Of a stretch of DNA of 20,000 bases, positions 1-8,071 are shown piece by piece. The stretch's first letter is position 1; every line of letters begins with the position of its first letter. Location: IMG/VR virus record IMGVR_UViG_3300027763_000054. One strand, 5' to 3'. The DNA is from an uncultured virus (IMG/VR IMGVR_UViG_3300027763_000054) (lineage: Duplodnaviria; Heunggongvirae; Uroviricota; Caudoviricetes). Under the pieces are notes generated by a model. It was not told the DNA's origin and did not search any database. It worked only from the letters and a program-made list of their open reading frames with translations. The translations under genes were made by a program, and so were the position numbers.

Positions 1-2
1 CT

Positions 3-137
3 GTTCCAGATAACGATCAAACCAAGCCTGATAAAAACGAAACATCAGAAAGTCTGTTGTTAGCAGAATTATTGAGAAAATCATGCCCCGAGTGTGATAA
101 AAAGCGTACTGGTCCTTGTAAATGTAAAGAAAAATAA
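3..137 (+). CDS. 3' end of an upstream gene with a Cys-rich C-terminus (partial)
   Basis: Open frame from the window edge: VPDNDQTKPDKNETSESLLLAELLRKSCPECDKKRTGPCKCKEK*, TAA at 135-137. Confidence 0.55.
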   Translation, partial: VPDNDQTKPDKNETSESLLLAELLRKSCPECDKKRTGPCKCKEK

Positions 138-140
138 CAC

Positions 141-169
141 TTGACTTTATGGACATTTTCTGTTATACT
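141..169 (+). promoter_or_regulatory. sigma70-type promoter
   Basis: TTGACT (141-146), 17 bp spacer, TATACT (164-169), with extended -10 TG at 161-162. Confidence 0.8.
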
Positions 170-193
170 ACTAGTATCAGAAAGGAGTCAAAT

Positions 194-694
194 ATGGAAA
201 TTGTTGAAAGAGCTAGAATTTTTGCTACAGCGGCCCACTCGGCCGTTGCTCAAATGCGTAAGTACACCTTTGAGCCTTACATTGTTCACCCTGCTGAAGT
301 TGCTGGCATTGTTGCTACAGTGGATCACACTCCTGAGATGCTGGCCGCGGCATGGTTACATGACGTTGTCGAAGACACTGGTGTTACCAACGAAGTGATT
401 CGTGCTGAGTTTGGTGACAAGATTGCTGAATTGGTAGGATGGTTAACTGATGTGAGCCGACCTGAACAAGGCAATCGTGCTGTTCGTAAGGCTATTGATC
501 GTGCTCATACAGCCGCCGCGCCAGCTGAAGCACAAACAATCAAGTTGGCTGATTTAATCTCCAACACCAAGAGCATTGTTGAACATGACGAAAAGTTTGC
601 TCGCACATACTTGGAAGAAAAAAGATTGTTATTGGAAGTAATGACTCGTGGCGATGCAAAGTTGCTTGCTATTGCTCAGAGCCACATTGGATAA
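194..694 (+). CDS. HD-domain hydrolase, RelA/SpoT-hydrolase (Mesh1/small alarmone hydrolase)-like
   Basis: Motifs H..Q.RK...PYIVHP, AAWLHDVVED, LTD and IKLADLISN. AGGAG SD before ATG 194; the ORF-track start at 149 lies inside the promoter. Confidence 0.85.
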   Translation: MEIVERARIFATAAHSAVAQMRKYTFEPYIVHPAEVAGIVATVDHTPEMLAAAWLHDVVEDTGVTNEVIRAEFGDKIAELVGWLTDVSRPEQGNRAVRKAIDRAHTAAAPAEAQTIKLADLISNTKSIVEHDEKFARTYLEEKRLLLEVMTRGDAKLLAIAQSHIG

Positions 695-697
695 TAC

Positions 698-1162
698 ATG
701 CCACGTTGTTATCAATTAATCGGAGTCCCGGGTAGTGGAAAATCTACCTGGGCCTCTAATCAAGAATGGATAGGCAAATGTGCCTGGATATCCACTGATC
801 AATATGTTGAAGAATGGGCCAAGTCTGTTGGCAAGACCTATAGTGAAGTCTTTGAAGAATATATGCCAACGGCAGTTGCTCGCATGGCTGGAGCTGTCAA
901 TGGTGCAAAAAGTATTGGCAAAGACATTGTATGGGACCAAACCAGTACTACAGTTAAGAGTCGAACCAGAAAGTTTAATATGCTTCCTGACTATGAACAC
1001 ATTGCCATTGTGTTTCAAACACCTAAACCTGATGAACTTGTTCGACGTCTTGCCAGTAGGCCAGGTAAAGTTATTCCTAATGAAGTAATGCAGTCCATGA
1101 TTAACGATTGGGAAGAACCCACAGAGGATGAAGGCTTCAAGGAAATTTGGTATGCCTACTAG
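698..1162 (+). CDS. P-loop kinase (AAA_33 / polynucleotide-kinase-like)
   Basis: Walker A GVPGSGKST, ISTD, IVWDQT and lid motif RLASR. Confidence 0.8.
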   Translation: MPRCYQLIGVPGSGKSTWASNQEWIGKCAWISTDQYVEEWAKSVGKTYSEVFEEYMPTAVARMAGAVNGAKSIGKDIVWDQTSTTVKSRTRKFNMLPDYEHIAIVFQTPKPDELVRRLASRPGKVIPNEVMQSMINDWEEPTEDEGFKEIWYAY

Positions 1163-1178
1163 AAGATAATTAAAAATA

Positions 1179-1712
1179 ATGAAAACATGGATAACATCAG
1201 ACATACATTTCTATCATGCTAACATTTTAAAGTTTTGTCATGCTACCCGGCCCTACTACGATGTTGAAGAAATGAATCAAAAAATAGTAGAGTCGTGGAA
1301 CAGCATGATTGACCAATACGACACAGTTTACATTTTAGGTGATGTGGCTTTTGCCAATGCTTATGATGCTTCTAAAATTGTAAATCGTTGTAATGGTAAT
1401 AAAATCCTTGTCAAAGGCAATCACGACACCAAGCTTTTACAAGAACCACTTTTTACCAATTGCTTTGAATCTATACATGACTACCTTGAAGTTGGATACA
1501 ATGGTCATCGCTTAGTGTTGTTTCACTTTCCAATTTGGGAGTGGGATAGAATGTATCACGGTGCTGTACATTTTCACGGACATTGTCATGCTAGGCCAAC
1601 TGGCATTCCGGGGAGAATCTTAGACGTGTCAATGGACGGAAACGCCTGTTTGCCATACAGCATGGACGAAGCCATTGCTATAGCATCAAAAAACGCCATA
1701 AGAACCCGTTAA
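1179..1712 (+). CDS. calcineurin-like metallophosphoesterase
   Basis: Motifs SDIHFYH, LGDV, GNHD, HFP and HGHCH. Confidence 0.9.
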   Translation: MKTWITSDIHFYHANILKFCHATRPYYDVEEMNQKIVESWNSMIDQYDTVYILGDVAFANAYDASKIVNRCNGNKILVKGNHDTKLLQEPLFTNCFESIHDYLEVGYNGHRLVLFHFPIWEWDRMYHGAVHFHGHCHARPTGIPGRILDVSMDGNACLPYSMDEAIAIASKNAIRTR

Positions 1713-1779
1713 AACCGCATTTTGTTGTAAAAATACCACAAAAATACCCTACTTTTTGTAGGGTTTTTGCTAAAAATGG

Positions 1780-1808
1780 TTGACCATTGGGCCAAAACGC
1801 CTTATAAT
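1780..1808 (+). promoter_or_regulatory. sigma70-type early promoter
   Basis: TTGACC-17bp-TATAAT; palindrome-like TGTTGTAAAAATACCACA upstream at 1723-1740. Confidence 0.85.
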
Positions 1809-1839
1809 ACATACATGAACAGCAAAAAAGGAGTTTACA

Positions 1840-2052
1840 ATGTTTGAAACTTGCGTAAATCAACTTGTTAAGGTAACACTTACAAACGAAACTGTTAAAA
1901 CCGAATGGTTTAACGGTACTCTTTTTGTTAGCACTATTAACGAATCTCAAGCTCGTAGTGTATTTCACAGACTGTCTTCAACTTTGGGCCTAGGTAAAGT
2001 ACATGTAAGCCCAATTGGTGACACTGGCGAATACGCATTTGATTTCGTTTAA
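1840..2052 (+). CDS. hypothetical protein (70 aa)
   Basis: AGGAG SD and its own promoter. Confidence 0.75.
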   Translation: MFETCVNQLVKVTLTNETVKTEWFNGTLFVSTINESQARSVFHRLSSTLGLGKVHVSPIGDTGEYAFDFV

Positions 2053-2058
2053 AAACGG

Positions 2059-2087
2059 TTGACCAAAAGGTCCAGATACTATATAAT
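2059..2087 (+). promoter_or_regulatory. sigma70-type early promoter
   Basis: TTGACC-17bp-TATAAT. Confidence 0.85.
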
Positions 2088-2116
2088 AGACACATAGACA
2101 GCAAAAAGTAATTAGT

Positions 2117-2392
2117 ATGCGAACACCAACAATCATAGACGGCTTCAAAAATAGTCAAAAATTTCGTGTTATTTTCAAGGGCGATGGCAGTGAAAACGAC
2201 ATTGGCATGTATCTTACAATCAAGCAAATGAGCGAACAGTTTGCCACAGTTAACGCTCGCAGTCTTTGCTATGATGCCATGAATATGCTGGCAGTTGAGC
2301 GTGAATTGGCAAAATCTCTGCGTACCAAAGCTATCCCCACAGGACTTGGTACTACAATCCGCGGCAAGCAAATTCAAGTAGATTTGGTCTAA
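2117..2392 (+). CDS. hypothetical protein (91 aa)
   Basis: ORF directly after a promoter, co-oriented with neighbours. Confidence 0.7.
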   Translation: MRTPTIIDGFKNSQKFRVIFKGDGSENDIGMYLTIKQMSEQFATVNARSLCYDAMNMLAVERELAKSLRTKAIPTGLGTTIRGKQIQVDLV

Positions 2393-2403
2393 GGAGATAT
2401 AAA

Positions 2404-2631
2404 ATGACACTAATTAAAGAAACCCGTTATAGCACACGCCATGGTGGCCCTTATGACCGTGGTTCAGCTGACAGCTATTACGGTCGTGGTTATAATCCTC
2501 ACTACTTTGTTGGTGATTCATATTCCAGCACAAAGGTAGAGTTGCGTGATATGACTGTAGAGGAAATTGTAGCCTATTCTGCAGGCTTCGAAGACAATGA
2601 AAAATCTGGTGATAAAAAGGAGTGGGCATAA
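2404..2631 (+). CDS. hypothetical phage protein (75 aa)
   Basis: AAGGAG SD; motif RHGGPYDRGSADSYYGR..PHY, which I recall from small phage proteins. Confidence 0.75.
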   Translation: MTLIKETRYSTRHGGPYDRGSADSYYGRGYNPHYFVGDSYSSTKVELRDMTVEEIVAYSAGFEDNEKSGDKKEWA

Positions 2632-2855
2632 TGAATTCAAATATACAAGCATTGATTTCTAAGTATGCAGAAATCTTGGATCGTGATCCATTGGATCAAA
2701 TGGAAGACACTCAAACGATTCTAGCTCACTTCACTCAAGCATTGGCTACAGAGCTAGGTGAAATTGTAGTTGCGGATCCTATCAAAGATGGTGTACGCAT
2801 GTACTTTGATGAAAAAATTGCCCGTTATGTAATTAAGAAAAGTGTAGGATTGTAA
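2631..2855 (+). CDS. hypothetical protein (74 aa)
   Basis: TAATG stop/start overlap with the previous gene favours ATG 2631 over GTG 2622. Confidence 0.7.
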   Translation: MNSNIQALISKYAEILDRDPLDQMEDTQTILAHFTQALATELGEIVVADPIKDGVRMYFDEKIARYVIKKSVGL

Positions 2856-2857
2856 TA

Positions 2858-3064
2858 ATGAACAAACGAATTAAAGAACTTGCCAAACAGGCTACTACTG
2901 TTATTGAAGCAACTGACTACAGTGGTGAAGGTTGGATCTTTAATAAAGAAAAGTTCGCCGAGTTGATTGTGGCAGAAATGTTAGTGACTTGTGAAGAGCA
3001 TCCTGCTTGGACTGGTCGTATGATTGGTGAGCAGATTAAACAACATTTCGGAGTTGAAGAATGA
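2858..3064 (+). CDS. hypothetical phage protein (68 aa)
   Basis: Pattern MNKRIKELA...EKFAELIV...IKQHFGVEE, typical of small phage ORFs; tight gene packing. Confidence 0.75.
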   Translation: MNKRIKELAKQATTVIEATDYSGEGWIFNKEKFAELIVAEMLVTCEEHPAWTGRMIGEQIKQHFGVEE

Positions 3065-3147
3065 TGCAGGCTATTACAAATTTGGTTGTTGTTATGTTGC
3101 CCGTGATTGTCATGGGTCTGGCAATTGTTTTGAAAGGTGGCTTTTAA
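3061..3147 (+). CDS. 28 aa single-pass membrane microprotein (not in ORF track)
   Basis: MMQAITNLVVVMLPVIVMGLAIVLKGGF*; ATGA overlap with the upstream stop. Confidence 0.55.
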   Translation: MMQAITNLVVVMLPVIVMGLAIVLKGGF

Positions 3148-3153
3148 AAGTCG

Positions 3154-3182
3154 TTGACAACAATGCAGTAAGATATTAAAAT
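3154..3182 (+). promoter_or_regulatory. sigma70-type promoter
   Basis: TTGACA-17bp-TAAAAT. Confidence 0.75.
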
Positions 3183-3209
3183 AAGTATTCAACATTTAAA
3201 GGAAACATT

Positions 3210-3377
3210 ATGACTTGCAGAGGTTATGACTCAAAGGCAGTTAAACTGCCAAAATCAATCAAACGCCAAGCGGCGCAGGAAATTAATCCTGCTAAACGTG
3301 GCGACATGATTCGTAGTTATGTAAAAATTCTTGAATCAGAATTACGTGTCAGTAAAAGTTCAAAATCTGAAAAATAA
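3210..3377 (+). CDS. basic hypothetical protein (55 aa, not in ORF track)
   Basis: MTCRGYDSKAVKLPKSIKRQAAQEINPAKRGDMIRSYVKILESELRVSKSSKSEK*; AAGGA SD and promoter upstream. Confidence 0.7.
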   Translation: MTCRGYDSKAVKLPKSIKRQAAQEINPAKRGDMIRSYVKILESELRVSKSSKSEK

Positions 3378-3380
3378 TAC

Positions 3381-3626
3381 ATGGGAAGTCTAACAGCTTA
3401 CTTTGAGAAGGATGCTTACCAGCCCAAATACTTTTTAGGTGATAGAGTATTTGGTCGTTGGAACAAGATACCTTTTATTGGTTCAGTGGGCAACGACACT
3501 GTGATCAGCTTAATCGAAGGCCCACGCATTTCAATACTGTTAGACCTACCTATTAAATTTAATGACCGCATACACAATGTCATTATAGTAAAACACAAAG
3601 ATATTAAACCATTGATTGAATTCTAA
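3381..3626 (+). CDS. hypothetical protein (81 aa)
   Basis: Starts 3 bp after the previous stop; its stop overlaps the convergent protease stop. Confidence 0.7.
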   Translation: MGSLTAYFEKDAYQPKYFLGDRVFGRWNKIPFIGSVGNDTVISLIEGPRISILLDLPIKFNDRIHNVIIVKHKDIKPLIEF

Positions 3627-4279
3627 GGTAAAGAAAAGGTCCACACATCGTAACCCTTTTCTTCCATGTAATCAAATGGTATCCAGCAGTATCCGTGATC
3701 TCCCCAAAATTTCCCAAAACTATTCTTAGCAAGTAATAATTTCTTGTCGAGGTCATAGCCTACCAGGCACATGGCATGTCCTGTTTTTTCATTGTTGGGA
3801 GTTGGCATTTGTATGACAGGATTTGTTATGCTGGTATATTGGAAATCGTTTGAAATAACAATCCCAAATACAACAGGCTGATTGCGATTTAAGGTTTCAA
3901 TTGTTTGTTCAATGTCCACAATTGATTTAACATTTGATATGTTACGAGAAACAGCATCTTTATAACAAGCATCAGGGGGTACGACATTAAATTTTTCAAT
4001 GTCGTACGGCCACAAGGACTCGGAACAAAGTCCAAATTTCTTAACACCATCTAATGCGTCGGATATAAAAGTACCAGTATCTTCTTCGACTGTGCCTGAT
4101 ATTAAACGAGCATTATAGTAGATGAAAAGTCGACTAATTTCAATAAAAGTTTTGGGTCTGTATTGCATGACCAACATCTCATAGGCATTTGAAATTGCAT
4201 TTGCACTACAACTACCTAGATAATATTGGTCTTCAACAACACCTGCACTTTCTCTTAAATCGACTTTAGATCGAATCAT
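3623..4279 (-). CDS. papain-like cysteine peptidase (C1A family), catalytic domain only
   Basis: VDLR...DQYYLGSCSANA (oxyanion Gln, catalytic Cys), SRLFIYYNAR, GHAMCLVGYD (His), KNSFGKFWGDHGY (Asn). No signal peptide. Confidence 0.92.
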   Translation of the reverse strand: MIRSKVDLRESAGVVEDQYYLGSCSANAISNAYEMLVMQYRPKTFIEISRLFIYYNARLISGTVEEDTGTFISDALDGVKKFGLCSESLWPYDIEKFNVVPPDACYKDAVSRNISNVKSIVDIEQTIETLNRNQPVVFGIVISNDFQYTSITNPVIQMPTPNNEKTGHAMCLVGYDLDKKLLLAKNSFGKFWGDHGYCWIPFDYMEEKGYDVWTFSLP

Positions 4280-4962
4280 TATGCTGTAAAGTAACCTGGG
4301 AATTGCTGTGTCAATCCAGTTGCAAATGCACTGATGAAAGAATTAGCACCGGCGGTAAGTTTTTCTCTAGCTGTTGTTTCAGCACTTGAATTCTTATCGT
4401 TCTTTGCTTTGATGAATTCTTTGAATCCGTCAAATACCTGAGTTAATACAGTTCTAACGTCACCAATTCTCCATAAATTATTATAGGTGTTTAGTAAGTT
4501 TGAAATGTCACTACTAACTTGGTAGTTCAACCGATCAGAAGGATCTTTAATATCATAATTGTTCTTGATATTTCTAGCAATAGTGAACATCAAGATTGCT
4601 AAAGTTCTAAAACCATAATTGAGTCTTTCGCCAAATTCAACGCCATAATATGATTTGGCAAATTCGCCAATTCCGTCAATTTGTGCCCAAAGTGTCTCTT
4701 CTGCTTTGGCAGCATTTTCTGAATCGTTGTTTAGGATATATCCAAGGACGTTCAGAAGGTTTGTATCAAACGTATCGAAATATGTTTGAAGCACTGATTT
4801 TAATTCAGCACTTGTCATTACGTTTGGAGCCTTTGGCGGCTTTACGTATTTGTTTTTCTTAACAACCGGGCCAATGGCAGGTTGATCTGCCATTGCTTGT
4901 TCTGCCAAAGCAGGATGGTTGTAGTGATGTTCTTCAATTGTATGTTTAATTACTTTATACAT
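4279..4962 (-). CDS. alpha-helical hypothetical protein, paralog of 9557-10252
   Basis: Shares N-term MYK..[SK]H.I.E.HY, central IG.F...YYG...G and C-term G...QFP..F with 9557-10252. Confidence 0.8.
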   Translation of the reverse strand: MYKVIKHTIEEHHYNHPALAEQAMADQPAIGPVVKKNKYVKPPKAPNVMTSAELKSVLQTYFDTFDTNLLNVLGYILNNDSENAAKAEETLWAQIDGIGEFAKSYYGVEFGERLNYGFRTLAILMFTIARNIKNNYDIKDPSDRLNYQVSSDISNLLNTYNNLWRIGDVRTVLTQVFDGFKEFIKAKNDKNSSAETTAREKLTAGANSFISAFATGLTQQFPGYFTA

Positions 4963-4996
4963 GATTTTTCCTTTAAATTAATTCTCTCAGAGAATA

Positions 4997-5614
4997 TTAG
5001 ATTATACGCCATCCGGCGCGAAATATTACTGTTATACTGGCATTAGAATTTAATGATTTGCTAGTGCTACCATCTATCTTTTCAAGTCCCGTGCCAATGA
5101 CGGTGGTACTACCACTGGCAGCTTCATTTTTAATAATATAAACTTTACCAGTTACACCTAATGGTAAAGTAACTATAGTCGGGTTAGCAGTAACACCAAT
5201 ATATCCATCACTTGCTGATGCTGTGTATGCCACTGCTGTACTGGTAGTTGTTTCAATACCAGGCTCTTGAACAGAAATAGTAACAGCACCAGTGCCGCCA
5301 CTTAATGTTACATTAGTACCTGCTATTAAACTGGTAACACCTGTGTTGTTGATTGTAAATGCCGAAGCCGGGCCTGTACTGGTTAAACTAGTAACACTAA
5401 TGCCAGTACCAGCAGTGGGTGTAATACCTGTTACCACTGAGTTACCATTTAATTTCAATGCCGAAGTAGCGTTAATGGTATCAAATGTAACTGATGCCGT
5501 AGTTGCTACACTCTGTGGTATAGATATAATGCCGTTAGCATCAACAGAGATATTTGAACCAACCTCTAGTACACCTTGTTCAGTTGTAGATCCTAATGGA
5601 AATAGATATGACAT
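4997..5614 (-). CDS. short fibre/adhesin-like protein (N-terminal beta-hairpin motif, shaft repeats, C-terminal head domain 'B')
   Basis: STTEQGVLEVGSNISVDANGIISI; repeats VTGITPTAGTGISV and VTSLIAGTNVTLS; head YTA..SDGYIGV..IVTLP...GKVYIIKN...IDG...W.II. Confidence 0.75.
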   Translation of the reverse strand: MSYLFPLGSTTEQGVLEVGSNISVDANGIISIPQSVATTASVTFDTINATSALKLNGNSVVTGITPTAGTGISVTSLTSTGPASAFTINNTGVTSLIAGTNVTLSGGTGAVTISVQEPGIETTTSTAVAYTASASDGYIGVTANPTIVTLPLGVTGKVYIIKNEAASGSTTVIGTGLEKIDGSTSKSLNSNASITVIFRAGWRII

Positions 5615-5626
5615 TTTGTCTTCCTT

Positions 5627-6106
5627 TTATAAAATGTTCCATCGTGAACTGTCAAACACGAGTATAAACCCAGCGTCAGTTCCTAATGTTTTAAAACTAC
5701 TGCCATCTATGGTTTCGCTTCCGTTGCCCTGAACCTTGCAATTGCCAGGCGCCTGATTTTTTACATAGTAGACTCTACCAAGCTCTCCTTTGGGTAATGT
5801 TAGTGTTATATTATTAGTCGTAGCACCAACATAATAGTCATCTTCTGTGATGGTGTAATTTACACTGGTTAATTTAACCTTTACTTTTTTACAACAATCA
5901 TCTTCACCACCTGTTACTGATAATACACCCTTGGGTGTAATAGACAAACCGCTGCCAACTTGAACAACGCCAAGACTGGTAGTACTGGCTTCCTCACAAT
6001 CTAATGTTACTGGAACGATGCCAGCTGGTTGGATTACAGCTGGCGGTGGATTTTGCTTTAGTGCTTTCCCCGCCAATACTGTTTGTGGTAGTCTATTGTA
6101 GGCCAT
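5627..6106 (-). CDS. short fibre/adhesin-like protein (beta-hairpin motif + DDCC + head domain 'B')
   Basis: ASTTSLGVVQVGSGLSITPKGVLSV; YTITEDDYYVG..ITLTLP..GRVYYVKN...TIDG...WNIL. Confidence 0.75.
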   Translation of the reverse strand: MAYNRLPQTVLAGKALKQNPPPAVIQPAGIVPVTLDCEEASTTSLGVVQVGSGLSITPKGVLSVTGGEDDCCKKVKVKLTSVNYTITEDDYYVGATTNNITLTLPKGELGRVYYVKNQAPGNCKVQGNGSETIDGSSFKTLGTDAGFILVFDSSRWNIL

Positions 6107-6115
6107 ATTAAATTA

Positions 6116-6517
6116 TTATAAAACCAACCATTGTGTACCGTTATACACAAATGTCAATGAACCATATGGCGCATTAATAACTGCTGTTGCGGCACCATCA
6201 ATGGTACCGGCAGTTGGTGTGATAGTAATTGGTGTTGCTGGCGCGGCCAAACCTAGACCATCTTTGATTGTAAATGACTGGCCGGTTACGCCCGCTGGCA
6301 ATGTTACTGCTACAGCAACTGGTCCTGGTACTTGAATGCTGACGATATCATCTGTTGCGGCTACTACAGTTACTGGTGTAGCCACAGCATTTCTAATTGC
6401 AACAATTGGTACACCGCTTGCGCTAATTGTAACTACCTCGGCACCGGTGCCTGTTGTTGGTGTTACTGTGATACCTGCTCCGGCAAGTATCGAGCGTGGA
6501 TTATTTGTATATGACAT
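6116..6517 (-). CDS. short fibre/adhesin-like protein (one shaft repeat + head domain 'B')
   Basis: SILAGAGITVTP; TDDIV..VTLPAG.TGQSFTIKDGLG.A...PITI....TIDG....IN.PYGS....YNGTQWLVL; AAGGAG SD. Confidence 0.75.
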   Translation of the reverse strand: MSYTNNPRSILAGAGITVTPTTGTGAEVVTISASGVPIVAIRNAVATPVTVVAATDDIVSIQVPGPVAVAVTLPAGVTGQSFTIKDGLGLAAPATPITITPTAGTIDGAATAVINAPYGSLTFVYNGTQWLVL

Positions 6518-6549
6518 GTTATGTCTCCTTTAATTAAATGCGTGGAAGA

Positions 6550-6924
6550 TCATGATATAGTCTTCCAATTTGTGCCGTCATACACTACCTGTATATGACT
6601 GTATCCACCATTGAGAATCGCAAAGGAAACACCATTAATGGTTTTGCCTCCGGCACTCGTAATAGTAATTGGATTCGTTTGAGCCGTCCCAGAATAATCT
6701 TTTATATAAAAACTACGCTGTAATACAACTGTGTTCGGGTTATTATCATCGTCGTCGTGAGTTTTATCTTTATTACCACAGCAGTCTTCACCAGTGGCAT
6801 TTCCGTTTGCTGGTAGTATCACTGAAGCTGGACCCGATGTTATATTGATGAAAACTACTTCATCTGTTGTTAGTATGTTATACGGTGTTGTTGTGACTAT
6901 TTTGGTGTTTAAATTTAATGACAT
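6550..6924 (-). CDS. stand-alone head domain 'B' protein with an acidic/Cys-Cys insertion
   Basis: PYNILTTDEVV..VILP [NGNATGEDCCGNKDKTHDDDDNN] ..FYIKDYSG.A.TNPITI....TING...YDGTNWKTI. Confidence 0.75.
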   Translation of the reverse strand: MSLNLNTKIVTTTPYNILTTDEVVFINITSGPASVILPANGNATGEDCCGNKDKTHDDDDNNPNTVVLQRSFYIKDYSGTAQTNPITITSAGGKTINGVSFAILNGGYSHIQVVYDGTNWKTIS

Positions 6925-6934
6925 AATATTTTCC

Positions 6935-7507
6935 TTAACTGATTCTGGTCAGTGTAATTTTTGCACTAAAGCCACTTGGGCGAATTGGTGTTATTGCGGC
7001 TGGCAACGCCACCAAACTTACTGTGGCGTCTGGGCTACTCCAACACATTTCGATGCTACTGCCTGCTGCCATATCCAATGTAAAATTACCGCTTACAAAC
7101 AGTTCACTGAGCGTGTTAATTAATTGTAGTTCCTGTCTTGATCCTGGCAGGTCAGCGTTGTTATATCGTAGCCAAATACTAATGCTACTTGTACCACCAG
7201 CTGTTTTGTTTAGAATCACTGTGAACTGTTTGTTATAGACTCCGGCGTTGGCTACAACTATCTGCGTTGGATCTCCAACCAATACACTTACTCCATTGGT
7301 AGGATTTGGTGGATTTGGTGTCACATCAAAAGTTATAAGATTAATAAGATTGGCACCAGCACTATTCTGCGTGGTGCTACTGGAGACAAATCCATAGTTG
7401 AGTAGGCCGGTACTGCCAGATATCACACCATCAGTAATACTGATGCCTGCGCCAACTTTGACAATGCCAAAGTCTGTGGTCGATGATAATGGTGCTTTGT
7501 ATGACAT
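6935..7507 (-). CDS. fibre-like protein with a C1q/TNF-like (BclA C-terminal-like) head
   Basis: N-term SSTTDFGIVKVGAGISITDGVIS; head YG...S.TTQ..ITFD...IVVANAGVYNKQF...IWLRYN...FTLDMAAGSSIEMCW...ITLTRI. Confidence 0.7.
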   Translation of the reverse strand: MSYKAPLSSTTDFGIVKVGAGISITDGVISGSTGLLNYGFVSSSTTQNSAGANLINLITFDVTPNPPNPTNGVSVLVGDPTQIVVANAGVYNKQFTVILNKTAGGTSSISIWLRYNNADLPGSRQELQLINTLSELFVSGNFTLDMAAGSSIEMCWSSPDATVSLVALPAAITPIRPSGFSAKITLTRIS

Positions 7508-7516
7508 TGTATTCCT

Positions 7517-8071
7517 TTACAATTGAACTATAGTGCATCTAACACTAGGTGTTGCTGGTCTACTCGGTAGAATCTGTGCTACATTTGCCAACAGTTGCAT
7601 AGCGGTATCGAGACTTTGCCAAGCAATCTCTACAACGTCTCCGGCACTAAGCGCCAGCGTATAATTCCACGCTGCCAATAACGGTTCATTGGTAGTGTTA
7701 AGAGTTAGCGTAGTATTAGTATCTGGATAGTTTAGACTGTTTCTTAAAATCCAAATATCTATTTGATCCAATCCAGCATCCGTTTTGTCTATCTGTGCAG
7801 TAAATTGTAAATTGTAGTTGGCAGTTTTACTTACTTGTATCTGTGACGCTGTTAACAATGTTATACCAACATTAATGGCAGCATTATTAAATGTCATTTT
7901 ATTAACAGCACTGGCCACTGGATTTGTTTGTGTTATTGTACTGTAAAAATATGCTTGGTCAAACAGAGCAATTGGTGTTACATTTAATACCCCATTAGAT
8001 ATAGTCAGGTTAGTGCCTGGCTGTATCATACCTGGAGTACTAGCAGTAGCCAATGGTTCTCTATATGACAT
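7517..8071 (-). CDS. fibre-like protein with a C1q/TNF-like (BclA C-terminal-like) head, paralog of 6935-7507
   Basis: Start MSYREP at 8071 (TAATG overlap); AYFYSTITQ..MTFN...IQVSKTANYNLQF...IWILRN...LALSAGDVVEIAW...TIVQL. Confidence 0.7.
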   Translation of the reverse strand: MSYREPLATASTPGMIQPGTNLTISNGVLNVTPIALFDQAYFYSTITQTNPVASAVNKMTFNNAAINVGITLLTASQIQVSKTANYNLQFTAQIDKTDAGLDQIDIWILRNSLNYPDTNTTLTLNTTNEPLLAAWNYTLALSAGDVVEIAWQSLDTAMQLLANVAQILPSRPATPSVRCTIVQL

